Positions 56,058 through 64,000 of a stretch of DNA of 64,000 nucleotides are shown here, in pieces. The first letter of the stretch is position 1. The number at the start of each line of letters is the position of its first letter. The stretch is from an uncultured Candidatus Rokubacteria bacterium (lineage in GTDB: Bacteria; Methylomirabilota; Methylomirabilia; Rokubacteriales; CSP1-6), in contig CAVYTA010000007.1 of assembly GCA_963771355.1 (NCBI GenBank), positions 448,001-512,000 on the forward strand, read 5' to 3'. The position numbers were made by a program, and so were the translations under genes. The notes under the pieces are model-generated. The model worked only from the letters and a program-made list of their open reading frames with translations, had not been told where the DNA came from and made no database searches.

Positions 56058-57652
56058 TCGCCGGCTTCGTGCTCGCGGCCGCGCTCCTGGTATGCGGTCA
56101 GCTCGCTCCCGCGACGGGGCAGGAGCGCCCGCCGGGCTCGCCCACGCTGTCCGCGGTCTACCGTCGACCGCTGGGCAACGATCCCGGCACGCTCGATCCG
56201 CCGCGCATCAGCGACACGTATGGCCGCTCGGTGGCGGAGCAGATCTTCGACGGCCTGGTTCAGTTCGATCAGACTCTCACCGTCAGCCCGGCGCTGGCCC
56301 GCTTCTGGAAAGCCTCGCGCGACGGCCTCACCTGGACCTTCAACCTTCGGCAGGGCGTGCGCTTCCATCACGGTCGGGAGCTCACCTCGGAGGACGTGGT
56401 CTACTCCCTCACCCGGCTCCTCGATCCGCGCCTCCGATCGGGCGCGGCCGAGCAATTCGCCGTGATCCGCGGCGCGCGAGAGTTCCGGGAGGGCAAGGTG
56501 AGCCGGGTGGAAGGCCTCCGCGCGATCGACCGCTATACCGTGGAGGTCTCGCTCACCGAGGCCTTCACGCCCTTCGTCTCCGTCCTCGCGGTCGGCCACG
56601 CGAAGATCGTTCCCAAGGAGCTGGCGGAGGCGCAGGGGGAGGCCTTCGGCACGCAGCCCGTCGGCACCGGACCCTACAAGTTCTCGCACTGGGAACGGGG
56701 AAAAGAGATCGCGCTCGTCGCCAACGGGGACTACTTCGGGGGCGCGCCCCAGCTCGCGCGCGTGCTCTATCGGATCTTCCCGGGGGAATCCAGCGATCAG
56801 ATCTGTCGGGAGTTCGAGCAGGGCAACCTCGAGGAGAGCCCGGTGCCCCCGGTCTGCCGGGGCAAGGTGGGCGACTCTCGCTACCTTCACGTGCAGCGCC
56901 CCACCTTCAGCGTGCGGTTTTACGGCTTCAACACGCGCTTCAAGCCGCTCAGCGACGAGCGGATCCGGATGGCCATCACGCATGCGCTGGACCGGGAACG
57001 GATCCTCCAGGAGATCTTCGCGGGCCGGTTTCAGGCCGCCCGTAGCATCCTCCCCCCGGGGATGCCGGGCCACAATCCGAGCATCAAGACCCCGCCGCAC
57101 GACCTGGCGCGGGCGCGGGCGCTGCTCCGCGCGGCGGGGTATCCCGAGGGCAAGGGGATTCCCGTCATCCCGATCTGGTCGAGCGTGAGGAGCCCGCGGA
57201 TCGAGAGCGAGCTCGCCGCGATCAAGACGCAGCTCCACGCGATCGGCATCCACGCGGAAACCAACTTCGAGACCGACTGGCCAGTCTTCTCGAAGCGCCT
57301 GGTCGAAGGTCGGCTGCCCATGTTCCTCTATGCGTGGCACGCGGAGCTGCCCGATCCGGACAGCTTCCTGTTTCAGCTCTTCCACTCGAAGAGCCCGCGT
57401 AACCCCACCGGGTATGCCAATCCCGTGGTGGACGCGCTGCTCGTCCAGGCCCGCCGGGAAAAAGACATCCTGCGCCGGAAGGAGATCTACCAGCGGGCGG
57501 AGCCTCTGATCCTCGAAGATGCCCCGGTGATCCCGGTGTGGCACTACGCCTACGAGCGGCTCTTCCAGGGATATGTCCGCAACGTCGAGGTCAGCGGGCT
57601 CGGCGAGGCCTATATCCCCCTCCGCAAGATCTGGCTGGAGGACCGTCGGTGA
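56051..57652 (+). CDS. Orphan oligopeptide-binding protein (SBP family 5, OppA/DppA-like) coupled to a sensor kinase
   Basis: DPGTLDP, IFDGLV, TWTFNLRQGVRFHHGRELTSEDVVYS, PVGTGPY; no permease or ATPase genes nearby; stop overlaps the kinase start. TTG start is uncertain. Confidence 0.88.
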   Translation: MLFAGFVLAAALLVCGQLAPATGQERPPGSPTLSAVYRRPLGNDPGTLDPPRISDTYGRSVAEQIFDGLVQFDQTLTVSPALARFWKASRDGLTWTFNLRQGVRFHHGRELTSEDVVYSLTRLLDPRLRSGAAEQFAVIRGAREFREGKVSRVEGLRAIDRYTVEVSLTEAFTPFVSVLAVGHAKIVPKELAEAQGEAFGTQPVGTGPYKFSHWERGKEIALVANGDYFGGAPQLARVLYRIFPGESSDQICREFEQGNLEESPVPPVCRGKVGDSRYLHVQRPTFSVRFYGFNTRFKPLSDERIRMAITHALDRERILQEIFAGRFQAARSILPPGMPGHNPSIKTPPHDLARARALLRAAGYPEGKGIPVIPIWSSVRSPRIESELAAIKTQLHAIGIHAETNFETDWPVFSKRLVEGRLPMFLYAWHAELPDPDSFLFQLFHSKSPRNPTGYANPVVDALLVQARREKDILRRKEIYQRAEPLILEDAPVIPVWHYAYERLFQGYVRNVEVSGLGEAYIPLRKIWLEDRR

Positions 57653-59565
57653 TCGGGGGCCGCGTCCATCGCCGCCTCGGCCTCCGCCTGGGCTCGCTCC
57701 AGGCGCGCTTCCTGTTGGGCTCCGTCCTGATCTTCCTGGTGGTGATGACGGGAGTGCTCGCGGTGGTGGAGTACGGGCAGCGCGCGGCCATCATCGAAGA
57801 AGTGCTGCGCCGGGGAGAAGTGATCACGCGCGATCTGGCCGCCATCTCGTCCCCGTCGCTCCTGCTCTACAGCTTCACCGATCTCGAGCAAAATGTGGAC
57901 CGGGTGCGGGCCAATGCGGACGTGGTGTACGCCATCATCGTGGACGCCGAGGGCAAGGTGGCGGCCCACAGCGGGCGTCCGGAGCTGGTGGGCCGGGTGC
58001 TCTCGGCGCCGCTGGACCGGCGCGCGGTGGCCACCGACGTGCTCCTCGTGCAGGAGACGCTGCGGCAGAGCCGCCACGACGGCGTGTATGACTTCGCCGT
58101 CCCGGTGCTGGTGGGCGCGCAGCGCTGGGGGACCGCCCGGGTCGGGTTGTCCAAGCGGCGCATGGAGGACCAGATCTTCCGGACCCGTCTGGAGCTGGCC
58201 GGGCTCACGGTGATCACGCTCCTCGTCGGCGGCCTCGCCGCCGCCCTGGTGGCTCGCCGCATCGCGCGCCCGGTGCGCGAGCTGGCCGCCGGCGCGGAGG
58301 CCATCGCGCGCGGGGAACTGGACCAGCGCATCGCGCCCACCGGACTCGGCGAGATCGGCCAGCTCGCGCTGGCCTTCAATCACATGGCCGCGCAGCTCCT
58401 CCAGCAGCGGAACGATCTCGAGGCCACCCACGCCGAGGTCCGGGTCCGCTTTCAGGAAGTCGCGGACCTCAAGCGCTATACCGACAGTATCCTGTCCTCG
58501 ATCACCAGCGGCATCGTGACCCTGGATCTGGACGGACGCGTGGCCACGATGAATCCCGCCGCCGAGATCCTCACCGGGCTCTTCGCCGAGGAGATCACGG
58601 GGCGCTACTGCGCGGAGGTCTTCGCCCACACCCCGGAAGTGGCGGAGATCCTCATGGAAACCCTGTCCAGCCGGTCGGGTACCGCCAACGTCTCGCTCAC
58701 CCTGCGCCGACTCAACGGCACCACCGTGCCGGTCGAGATGGGGACCGCCCCTCTTCGGCGGCTGGAGGGCAAGGACCTGGGCGTGGTGGGCGTGTTCCGC
58801 GACGTCAGCCAGGTCCGCGAGCTGGAGGGACAGCTCCGGCGCTCCGACCGGCTCGCCGCACTGGGCACGCTGGCCGCCGGCCTCGCGCACGAGATCAAGA
58901 ACCCGCTCGCCTCCCTGCGCACCTTCACCCGCATCATCCCGCGCAAGTTCGAGGACCCGCGCTTCCGCGAGACCTTCATGCGCGTGGTGCCGCACGAGCT
59001 GGAGCGGATCAACGGCATCGTGGAGCAGCTCCTCGAGCTCGCCCGGCCCAGCCGGCTCCGCCCGGCTCCCACCGCGATCCCGGTGCTGCTCGACCGGGTG
59101 CTCGAGCTGTACGCCAACGAGCTCGACACCAAGCAGGTGGTGGTGGTGCGCGAGTACGCGCGCGACCTGCCCACCCTCGGCGCGGACCAGGACCGCCTCT
59201 ACGAGGCGTTCGTCAACCTCGTGAGCAATGCGCTGGAGGCGATGGAAACGGGCGGACGGCTCACCGTCCGCACCGGCTGGCACCGCGGCGCCGAGGCGGA
59301 GGCGGGCGGCACGGGCCGGCGACGGATGCGCGTCGAGATCGAGGATTCGGGCAGCGGCATCTCTCCCTCGGAGGCCGACAAAGTGTTCGATCCGTTCTTC
59401 ACGACCAAGGCGGCGGGGACCGGTCTCGGGCTTGCGCTGACCCACAAGATCATCGAGGACCACGGCGGCAGCATCAGCTTCCGCAGTGCTCCCGGCGTGG
59501 GCACCACGTTCACGGTGGTGCTGCCCATGGTCGCGGAGCGGCCGTCGGGAGAGCGCGATGCCTAA
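57649..59565 (+). CDS. Sensor histidine kinase (TM, periplasmic Cache-like, HAMP, PAS, HisKA, HATPase; AtoS/NtrB-like)
   Basis: GTGA overlap; EIGQLALAFNHM, ILSSITSGIVTLDLDG..NPAAE, AGLAHEIKNPL, PFFTTK..GTGLGL. Confidence 0.92.
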   Translation: MIGGRVHRRLGLRLGSLQARFLLGSVLIFLVVMTGVLAVVEYGQRAAIIEEVLRRGEVITRDLAAISSPSLLLYSFTDLEQNVDRVRANADVVYAIIVDAEGKVAAHSGRPELVGRVLSAPLDRRAVATDVLLVQETLRQSRHDGVYDFAVPVLVGAQRWGTARVGLSKRRMEDQIFRTRLELAGLTVITLLVGGLAAALVARRIARPVRELAAGAEAIARGELDQRIAPTGLGEIGQLALAFNHMAAQLLQQRNDLEATHAEVRVRFQEVADLKRYTDSILSSITSGIVTLDLDGRVATMNPAAEILTGLFAEEITGRYCAEVFAHTPEVAEILMETLSSRSGTANVSLTLRRLNGTTVPVEMGTAPLRRLEGKDLGVVGVFRDVSQVRELEGQLRRSDRLAALGTLAAGLAHEIKNPLASLRTFTRIIPRKFEDPRFRETFMRVVPHELERINGIVEQLLELARPSRLRPAPTAIPVLLDRVLELYANELDTKQVVVVREYARDLPTLGADQDRLYEAFVNLVSNALEAMETGGRLTVRTGWHRGAEAEAGGTGRRRMRVEIEDSGSGISPSEADKVFDPFFTTKAAGTGLGLALTHKIIEDHGGSISFRSAPGVGTTFTVVLPMVAERPSGERDA

Positions 59566-60715
59566 GCCGGCCATCGCGGACCCGCAGGTCGAGCGGCGCA
59601 TCGCGCGCTCCGAGGTGATCAGCAAGGTCGCGGGGGGCGTGGTTCACAACTTCAACAACATCCTCTCGGTGCTGCTCGGCCGCGTGGAGCTGATGCTGGG
59701 CCAGGTGGATGGCGGCCGGCTGGACCCCACCCAGCTCCGCAAGGGGCTCGTGTCGATCCAGAAGGCGGCGCTGGATGCCGCCGAGCTGCTGACGCGCCTG
59801 CGCGATCTCGCCCGGCCTCCCCAGGACGTGCCCTTCTCCACCTTCGACCTCAACGCCGCCGTGGCCGAGGCCATCGACTTCATCCAGCCTCACCTCATGA
59901 CGGTGGCGCAGGGTATGGGGATCACGGTACGGCTCACGCCGCGACTGGCGCCCCCGCCGGTGCTGGTGTCCGGGCAGTCCAGCGCCCTGCGCGAGGTGCT
60001 GGTGAACCTGATCCTCAACGCCATCGAGGCCATGCCCGAGGGCGGCGATGTGGGCATCGAGACGCGGCGCGACGGCCCGTGGGTGAAGCTCCAGGTGTCG
60101 GATACCGGGATCGGCATGACGGAGGAGGTCCGCGCCCAGGTCTTCAGGCCGTTCTTCACCACCAAGTCGGCCGGCTCCACCGGCCTGGGCCTTTCCTCGG
60201 CCAAGGACCTCATCACCGGACACGGGGGCACGATCTCGGTGGCGAGCACGCCGGGGCGGGGCTGCACGTTCACCATCGCGTTGCCGAGCGCGGAGAGCCG
60301 CCCGGGTCCCGTCGATGCCGCCGCGGAGCCGGCGCTGCCGCCGGGCCTCCGGGTGCTGGTGGTGGACGACCAGCGTGATTTTGGCGACATCCTGCGCGAG
60401 TTCCTCGGGGCCAAGGGCTGCTCGGTTGCCATCGTTCGAAGTGGCCGGGCCGCCCTCGAGGCCCTCGAGCGGCACCGGTTCGACCTCGTGCTCACCGATC
60501 TGCTGCTGCCCGAGGTGAGCGGCTGGGAGATCGCCCGCGTGGCCAAGCGCCGGTCGCTCGGCATCCGCGTCATCCTCATGTCCGGCAATATCGTGGCCGA
60601 GGATCTCTGGAGCGCGGCCAGCGTGGACGCGTGCCTCATGAAGCCCATCGACCTCAACAAGCTCCTCGGCGTGATGGCCGAGGTGCTCGTCGGGGTCCCG
60701 CGCCGCGACGCCTGA
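59558..60715 (+). CDS. Sensor-less hybrid kinase (HisKA-HATPase-REC)
   Basis: AGGVVHNFNNIL about 30 aa from the start, NLILNAIEAM, PFFTTK, VVDDQ..LTD..KPI. Confidence 0.85.
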   Translation: MPKPAIADPQVERRIARSEVISKVAGGVVHNFNNILSVLLGRVELMLGQVDGGRLDPTQLRKGLVSIQKAALDAAELLTRLRDLARPPQDVPFSTFDLNAAVAEAIDFIQPHLMTVAQGMGITVRLTPRLAPPPVLVSGQSSALREVLVNLILNAIEAMPEGGDVGIETRRDGPWVKLQVSDTGIGMTEEVRAQVFRPFFTTKSAGSTGLGLSSAKDLITGHGGTISVASTPGRGCTFTIALPSAESRPGPVDAAAEPALPPGLRVLVVDDQRDFGDILREFLGAKGCSVAIVRSGRAALEALERHRFDLVLTDLLLPEVSGWEIARVAKRRSLGIRVILMSGNIVAEDLWSAASVDACLMKPIDLNKLLGVMAEVLVGVPRRDA

Positions 60716-60758
60716 CCGCGGTCTCGCCCCGGACCGGGATCGAGTACACTTGGGCGTC

Positions 60759-61523
60759 ATGAACCTGGTGTCCTGGAACGTCAACGGGCTGCGCGCGGCG
60801 TGGAAGAAGGGCTTCGTGGATTTCCTCAGCGCCCGCGAGGCGGACGTGGTCAGCGTGCAGGAGACCAAGCTCCAGGCCGATCAGCTCACCGAGGAGATGC
60901 GCACGCCGGCCGGCTACCGCTCCTACTGGAGCTTCGCCGAGAAAAAGGGGTATAGCGGCGTCGTCACGTACTTGAAGGACGAGCCCGTGCACGTGGCCAC
61001 GGCGTCGTTCGGCACGCCCGCGCTGGACGTCGAGGGGCGAATCGTCCACACCGAGCTGCCGGAGTTCCACCTCCTCAACGTGTATTTTCCCAACGGGGGC
61101 ATGGGGCCGGAGCGCCTGGCCCACAAGCTCAAGTTCTACGACGACTTCCTCGGGCTCACCGAGGGCCTCCGGAAGGGCGGCAAGGGCGTGATCGTGTGCG
61201 GCGACGTCAACACCGCGCATACCGAGATCGACCTGGCCCGCCCGAAGGAAAACGAGAAGACGTCGGGCTTCTTGCCGGCCGAGCGCGAATGGGTGACCCG
61301 CTTCATCGATGCCGGCTTCACCGACACCTTCCGGCTCTTCACGAAAGAGTCCGGCCATTACACCTGGTGGGACATGAAGACGGGCGCGCGCGCCCGCAAC
61401 GTGGGCTGGCGAATCGACTACTTCCTGGTCTCCGAGGAGCTGCACGGGCGGGTGCGCGACGCCGGTATTCTTCCGGACGTCCAGGGCTCCGACCACTGCC
61501 CGATCACGCTGACCCTGGAGTAG
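60759..61523 (+). CDS. xth: Exodeoxyribonuclease III
   Basis: SWNVNGLRA, QETK, KKGYSGV, GDVNTAH, GWRIDYF, GSDHCP. Confidence 0.96.
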   Translation: MNLVSWNVNGLRAAWKKGFVDFLSAREADVVSVQETKLQADQLTEEMRTPAGYRSYWSFAEKKGYSGVVTYLKDEPVHVATASFGTPALDVEGRIVHTELPEFHLLNVYFPNGGMGPERLAHKLKFYDDFLGLTEGLRKGGKGVIVCGDVNTAHTEIDLARPKENEKTSGFLPAEREWVTRFIDAGFTDTFRLFTKESGHYTWWDMKTGARARNVGWRIDYFLVSEELHGRVRDAGILPDVQGSDHCPITLTLE

Positions 61524-61674
61524 GGGACTCCGCGGACCTCTTTCATCGCGGCCTCCCGCGAGCTCTTCCGCGGCCTACGCGCCGGGGATCGCATCGCCTT
61601 CGGCCTTCATGCGACCCCCGACGCACTGCTGGTGGTGTTCCTCGAGCGAGTGTTTCCGCCCGCTCGACCCGCGA

Positions 61675-62289
61675 CTAGCGCGAGGCCGTGCGCTCCGCCC
61701 GCTCGAGGCCGGCGCCTTCGAGCTCCTTGTGGCGGAGCTTCTTCACGAGATCCTCGTACGAGGTCTTCGAGATGATCCGGTTGAACTGGCTCCGGTAGTT
61801 CCCCACGAAGCTGACGCCCTCGATGAGCACGTCGTAGATCGCCCAGCGCGAGCTCTGCTGATGGAGTCGGTAGCTCAACGCGATTTCCGAGGTGCGCCCA
61901 GTCAGGATCTTCGAGCGCACGGTGGCGAAGTCGCCATCCACCGTCTCCCCGAGATACACGATGTGCTCCCCGGAGTAGTGCTCGAGTCGGGACAGATAGG
62001 AGCGTTCCAGGAGGTCACGGAACAGCGCCACGAACTCCTCCCGCTCGCTCGGCGTGCGATCGCTCCAGTGCCGGGCGAGGGTGCGGCGGGCCATCTCCTC
62101 GAAGTCGAAGAGCCGCCCGGCCGCGCGGCGAATCTCGAGGCGGCGCTTCTCCGCGGCCGCCGGATGGGATGCATCGAAATCCTGCACCGCCTGCACCACC
62201 TGCTCGATGCCCGTCTTCACCACTTCGGTCGGGCTGGGCGTGGCGGCCGGCGCCATTGCTAGCAGTATCAAGGCCAGGGCCTTGTGCAT
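61675..62289 (-). CDS. mlaC: MlaC/Ttg2D phospholipid-binding periplasmic protein
   Basis: FDFEEMARRTLARHW, WAIYDVLIEGVSFVGNYRSQFNRII; GGAGG RBS. Confidence 0.88.
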   Translation of the reverse strand: MHKALALILLAMAPAATPSPTEVVKTGIEQVVQAVQDFDASHPAAAEKRRLEIRRAAGRLFDFEEMARRTLARHWSDRTPSEREEFVALFRDLLERSYLSRLEHYSGEHIVYLGETVDGDFATVRSKILTGRTSEIALSYRLHQQSSRWAIYDVLIEGVSFVGNYRSQFNRIISKTSYEDLVKKLRHKELEGAGLERAERTASR

Positions 62290-62345
62290 TGATGTCCTCC
62301 CTGGTTCAGGGTCGGCGGCAGCAGCCCGCCGTCGGGTCCTGGTAG

Positions 62346-62362
62346 AGCATGGGTAGTGCCAG
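62346..62362 (-). promoter_or_regulatory. Sigma54 promoter for the mlaC-like gene
   Basis: Minus strand CTGGCACTACCCATGCT (GG-N10-GC); IHF-like AGTCAGTCAGTTG at 62377-62389. Confidence 0.68.
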
Positions 62363-62498
62363 ATTGAGTCCTCCGGCAACTGACTGACTTTCCATGCCTT
62401 TCGGCGGCAAGCCAGCCGGGAGCCCGTCAGGGGCGGGACAGGCTCCCGTCAGAGAGCGGACAGGAGAGGCGGCGCGCGGGCGTGCTATGTTGCAGGGC

Positions 62499-63707
62499 AT
62501 GTCTCGGACCGCCGACATCACCGTCATCGGGGCCGGCATCGTCGGCCTGGCCACCGCGGTCCACCTCACCGAGCGGCATCCGCGCGCGCGCGTGGTGGTG
62601 CTCGACAAGGAAGCGCGCATCGCCACGCATCAGACGGGGCACAACTCGGGCGTCATCCACTCGGGCATCTACTACAAGCCGGGTTCCTACAAGGCGCGCC
62701 TGTGCGTCGAGGGCGCGCGGCTCATGACGGAGTTCTGCGACGCCCACGGCATCGGCTACGAGCGCTGCGGCAAGGTGATCGTGGCCACCGAGGAGGAGGA
62801 GATCCCCCGGCTCAACATGCTGCACGAGCGCGGCACCGCGAACGGCGTGCCCGGGCTCAAGCTCGTCTCCGGCGACGAGATACGGGAGTGGGAGCCGCAT
62901 GTCCGCGCGGTTCGCGGCATGCTCTCGCCCGCCACCGGCATCGTGGACTATATCCAGGTGGCGGCCAAGATGGGCGAGCTCATCACCCAGCGCGGGGCGG
63001 AAGTCGTGACGGGAGCGGGCGTCCGCGGCATCCGGCGGGACGGGGCCCTCCTCACGCTGGAGACGGACGCGGGCCCGGTGAGCACCCGTCACCTCATCAA
63101 CTGCGCGGGCCTGCACTCCGACCGCGTGGCGGCGCTGATGGGGATCCGGCCGGAGGTGCAGATCATCCCGTTCCGCGGCGAGTATTACATGCTCAAGCCC
63201 GAGCGCCGGTCCCTGGTGCGCGGGCTCATCTACCCGGTGCCCGATCCGCGCTTCCCCTTCCTCGGCGTCCACTTCACCCGCACCGTCCACGGCGACGTGG
63301 AGGCGGGTCCCAACGCAGTGCTGGCCCTGGCCCGCGAGGGCTACACCATGGGCACGGTGCGGCCCCTCGAGGCCCTGCGCACGTTCATGTACCGGGGGTT
63401 CTGGAACATGGGGCGGCGCTACTGGAAGATGGGCGCCTACGAGGTCTACCGTTCCCTCAGCAAGGCGGCCTTCGTGGCGTCGCTCCAGCGTCTGGTGCCG
63501 GACATCCAGGCCGCGGACATCGCGCCGGGCGGCGCAGGGGTGCGGGCGCAGGCGGTGAGCCCGGACGGCTCGCTGGTGGACGACTTCAAGATCAGCGTGA
63601 CGGAAGGCGCCATCCACGTGCTGAATGCGCCGTCGCCCGCCGCCACCGCCTCGCTGGCCATCGGCCGGCATATCGCGGGGCTGGCCGCGGAGAGCTTCAA
63701 GCTCTAG
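62499..63707 (+). CDS. lhgO: L-2-hydroxyglutarate oxidase
   Basis: IGAGIVG, HQTGHNSGVIHSGIYYKPGS, IYPVPDPRFPFLGVHFT, GVRAQA, NAPSPAAT. Confidence 0.93.
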   Translation: MSRTADITVIGAGIVGLATAVHLTERHPRARVVVLDKEARIATHQTGHNSGVIHSGIYYKPGSYKARLCVEGARLMTEFCDAHGIGYERCGKVIVATEEEEIPRLNMLHERGTANGVPGLKLVSGDEIREWEPHVRAVRGMLSPATGIVDYIQVAAKMGELITQRGAEVVTGAGVRGIRRDGALLTLETDAGPVSTRHLINCAGLHSDRVAALMGIRPEVQIIPFRGEYYMLKPERRSLVRGLIYPVPDPRFPFLGVHFTRTVHGDVEAGPNAVLALAREGYTMGTVRPLEALRTFMYRGFWNMGRRYWKMGAYEVYRSLSKAAFVASLQRLVPDIQAADIAPGGAGVRAQAVSPDGSLVDDFKISVTEGAIHVLNAPSPAATASLAIGRHIAGLAAESFKL

Positions 63708-64000
63708 GCGCTGCCCTTCAGCCGGTCCTCGGCGGCCCGGGCGCGCTCCTCGGCCGCGCGGAGGCGCTCCTCGGCGGCGCGCGCGCGATCCTCCGCCTCC
63801 AGCATGCGCGTGGCGAGCTGCTTGATGATGGCGATGGCGAGCGCGGGATTCGAGCGCACGAGGTGCTCGAGCCGGTTGGAGGGGATGAGCAGCAGGGTGA
63901 CCGGCTCGGCCGCCACCGCGTTGGCCGAGCGAGGCGCGTTGCGGAACAGCGCGAGGTCGCCGAGCAGGTCGCCCTTGCCGAGCACACGCAGCACACGATC
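63704..64000 (-). CDS. Cyclic-nucleotide-binding domain protein with coiled-coil tail (3' part; runs off the right edge)
   Basis: LGKGDLLGDLALFRNAPRSANAVA; tail AEDRARAAEERLRAAEERARAAEDRLK. Confidence 0.82.
   Translation of the reverse strand, partial: DRVLRVLGKGDLLGDLALFRNAPRSANAVAAEPVTLLLIPSNRLEHLVRSNPALAIAIIKQLATRMLEAEDRARAAEERLRAAEERARAAEDRLKGSA

Noticed and set aside
63725..63800. 21-bp imperfect repeats
   Set aside because: They encode heptads (RAAEERL/A) of a coiled-coil tail, an ordinary coding repeat.
1..64000. tRNA/rRNA genes, IS elements, integrases, prophage or defence systems
   Set aside because: No supporting motifs seen by eye. Small ncRNAs or riboswitches cannot be excluded without an Infernal/Rfam scan.

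Overview
High-GC (about 70% by eye) bacterial chromosomal segment with about 65 densely packed genes. I found no rRNA, tRNA, CRISPR array or intact mobile element. The gene repertoire (double-zinc-ribbon cyclase, many family-5 and Bug solute-binding proteins, LLM/PPOX enzymes, TTT transporter) resembles Candidatus Rokubacteria; that assignment is inference only. The left two thirds are mostly transport and redox metabolism, with a compositionally distinct islet at about 18.1-21.7 kb and several eroded gene remnants. A cobalt-type nitrile hydratase operon (45.4-47.6 kb) carries an accessory protein fused to a Cys-rich thioredoxin-like domain. The most striking region is 47.7-62.4 kb, which has five well-spaced sigma-54 (-24/-12) promoters. 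Two of them precede small ORFs missing from the ORF track. One is a 32-aa membrane peptide upstream of a QseE/QseG-like kinase-lipoprotein pair. The other is a 45-aa signal-peptide-bearing, Phr-like prepeptide lying between an NtrC-family activator and an orphan oligopeptide-binding protein coupled to two histidine kinases. This second locus is a candidate peptide-based cell-cell signalling circuit. All calls come from reading motifs by eye; no searches were run.
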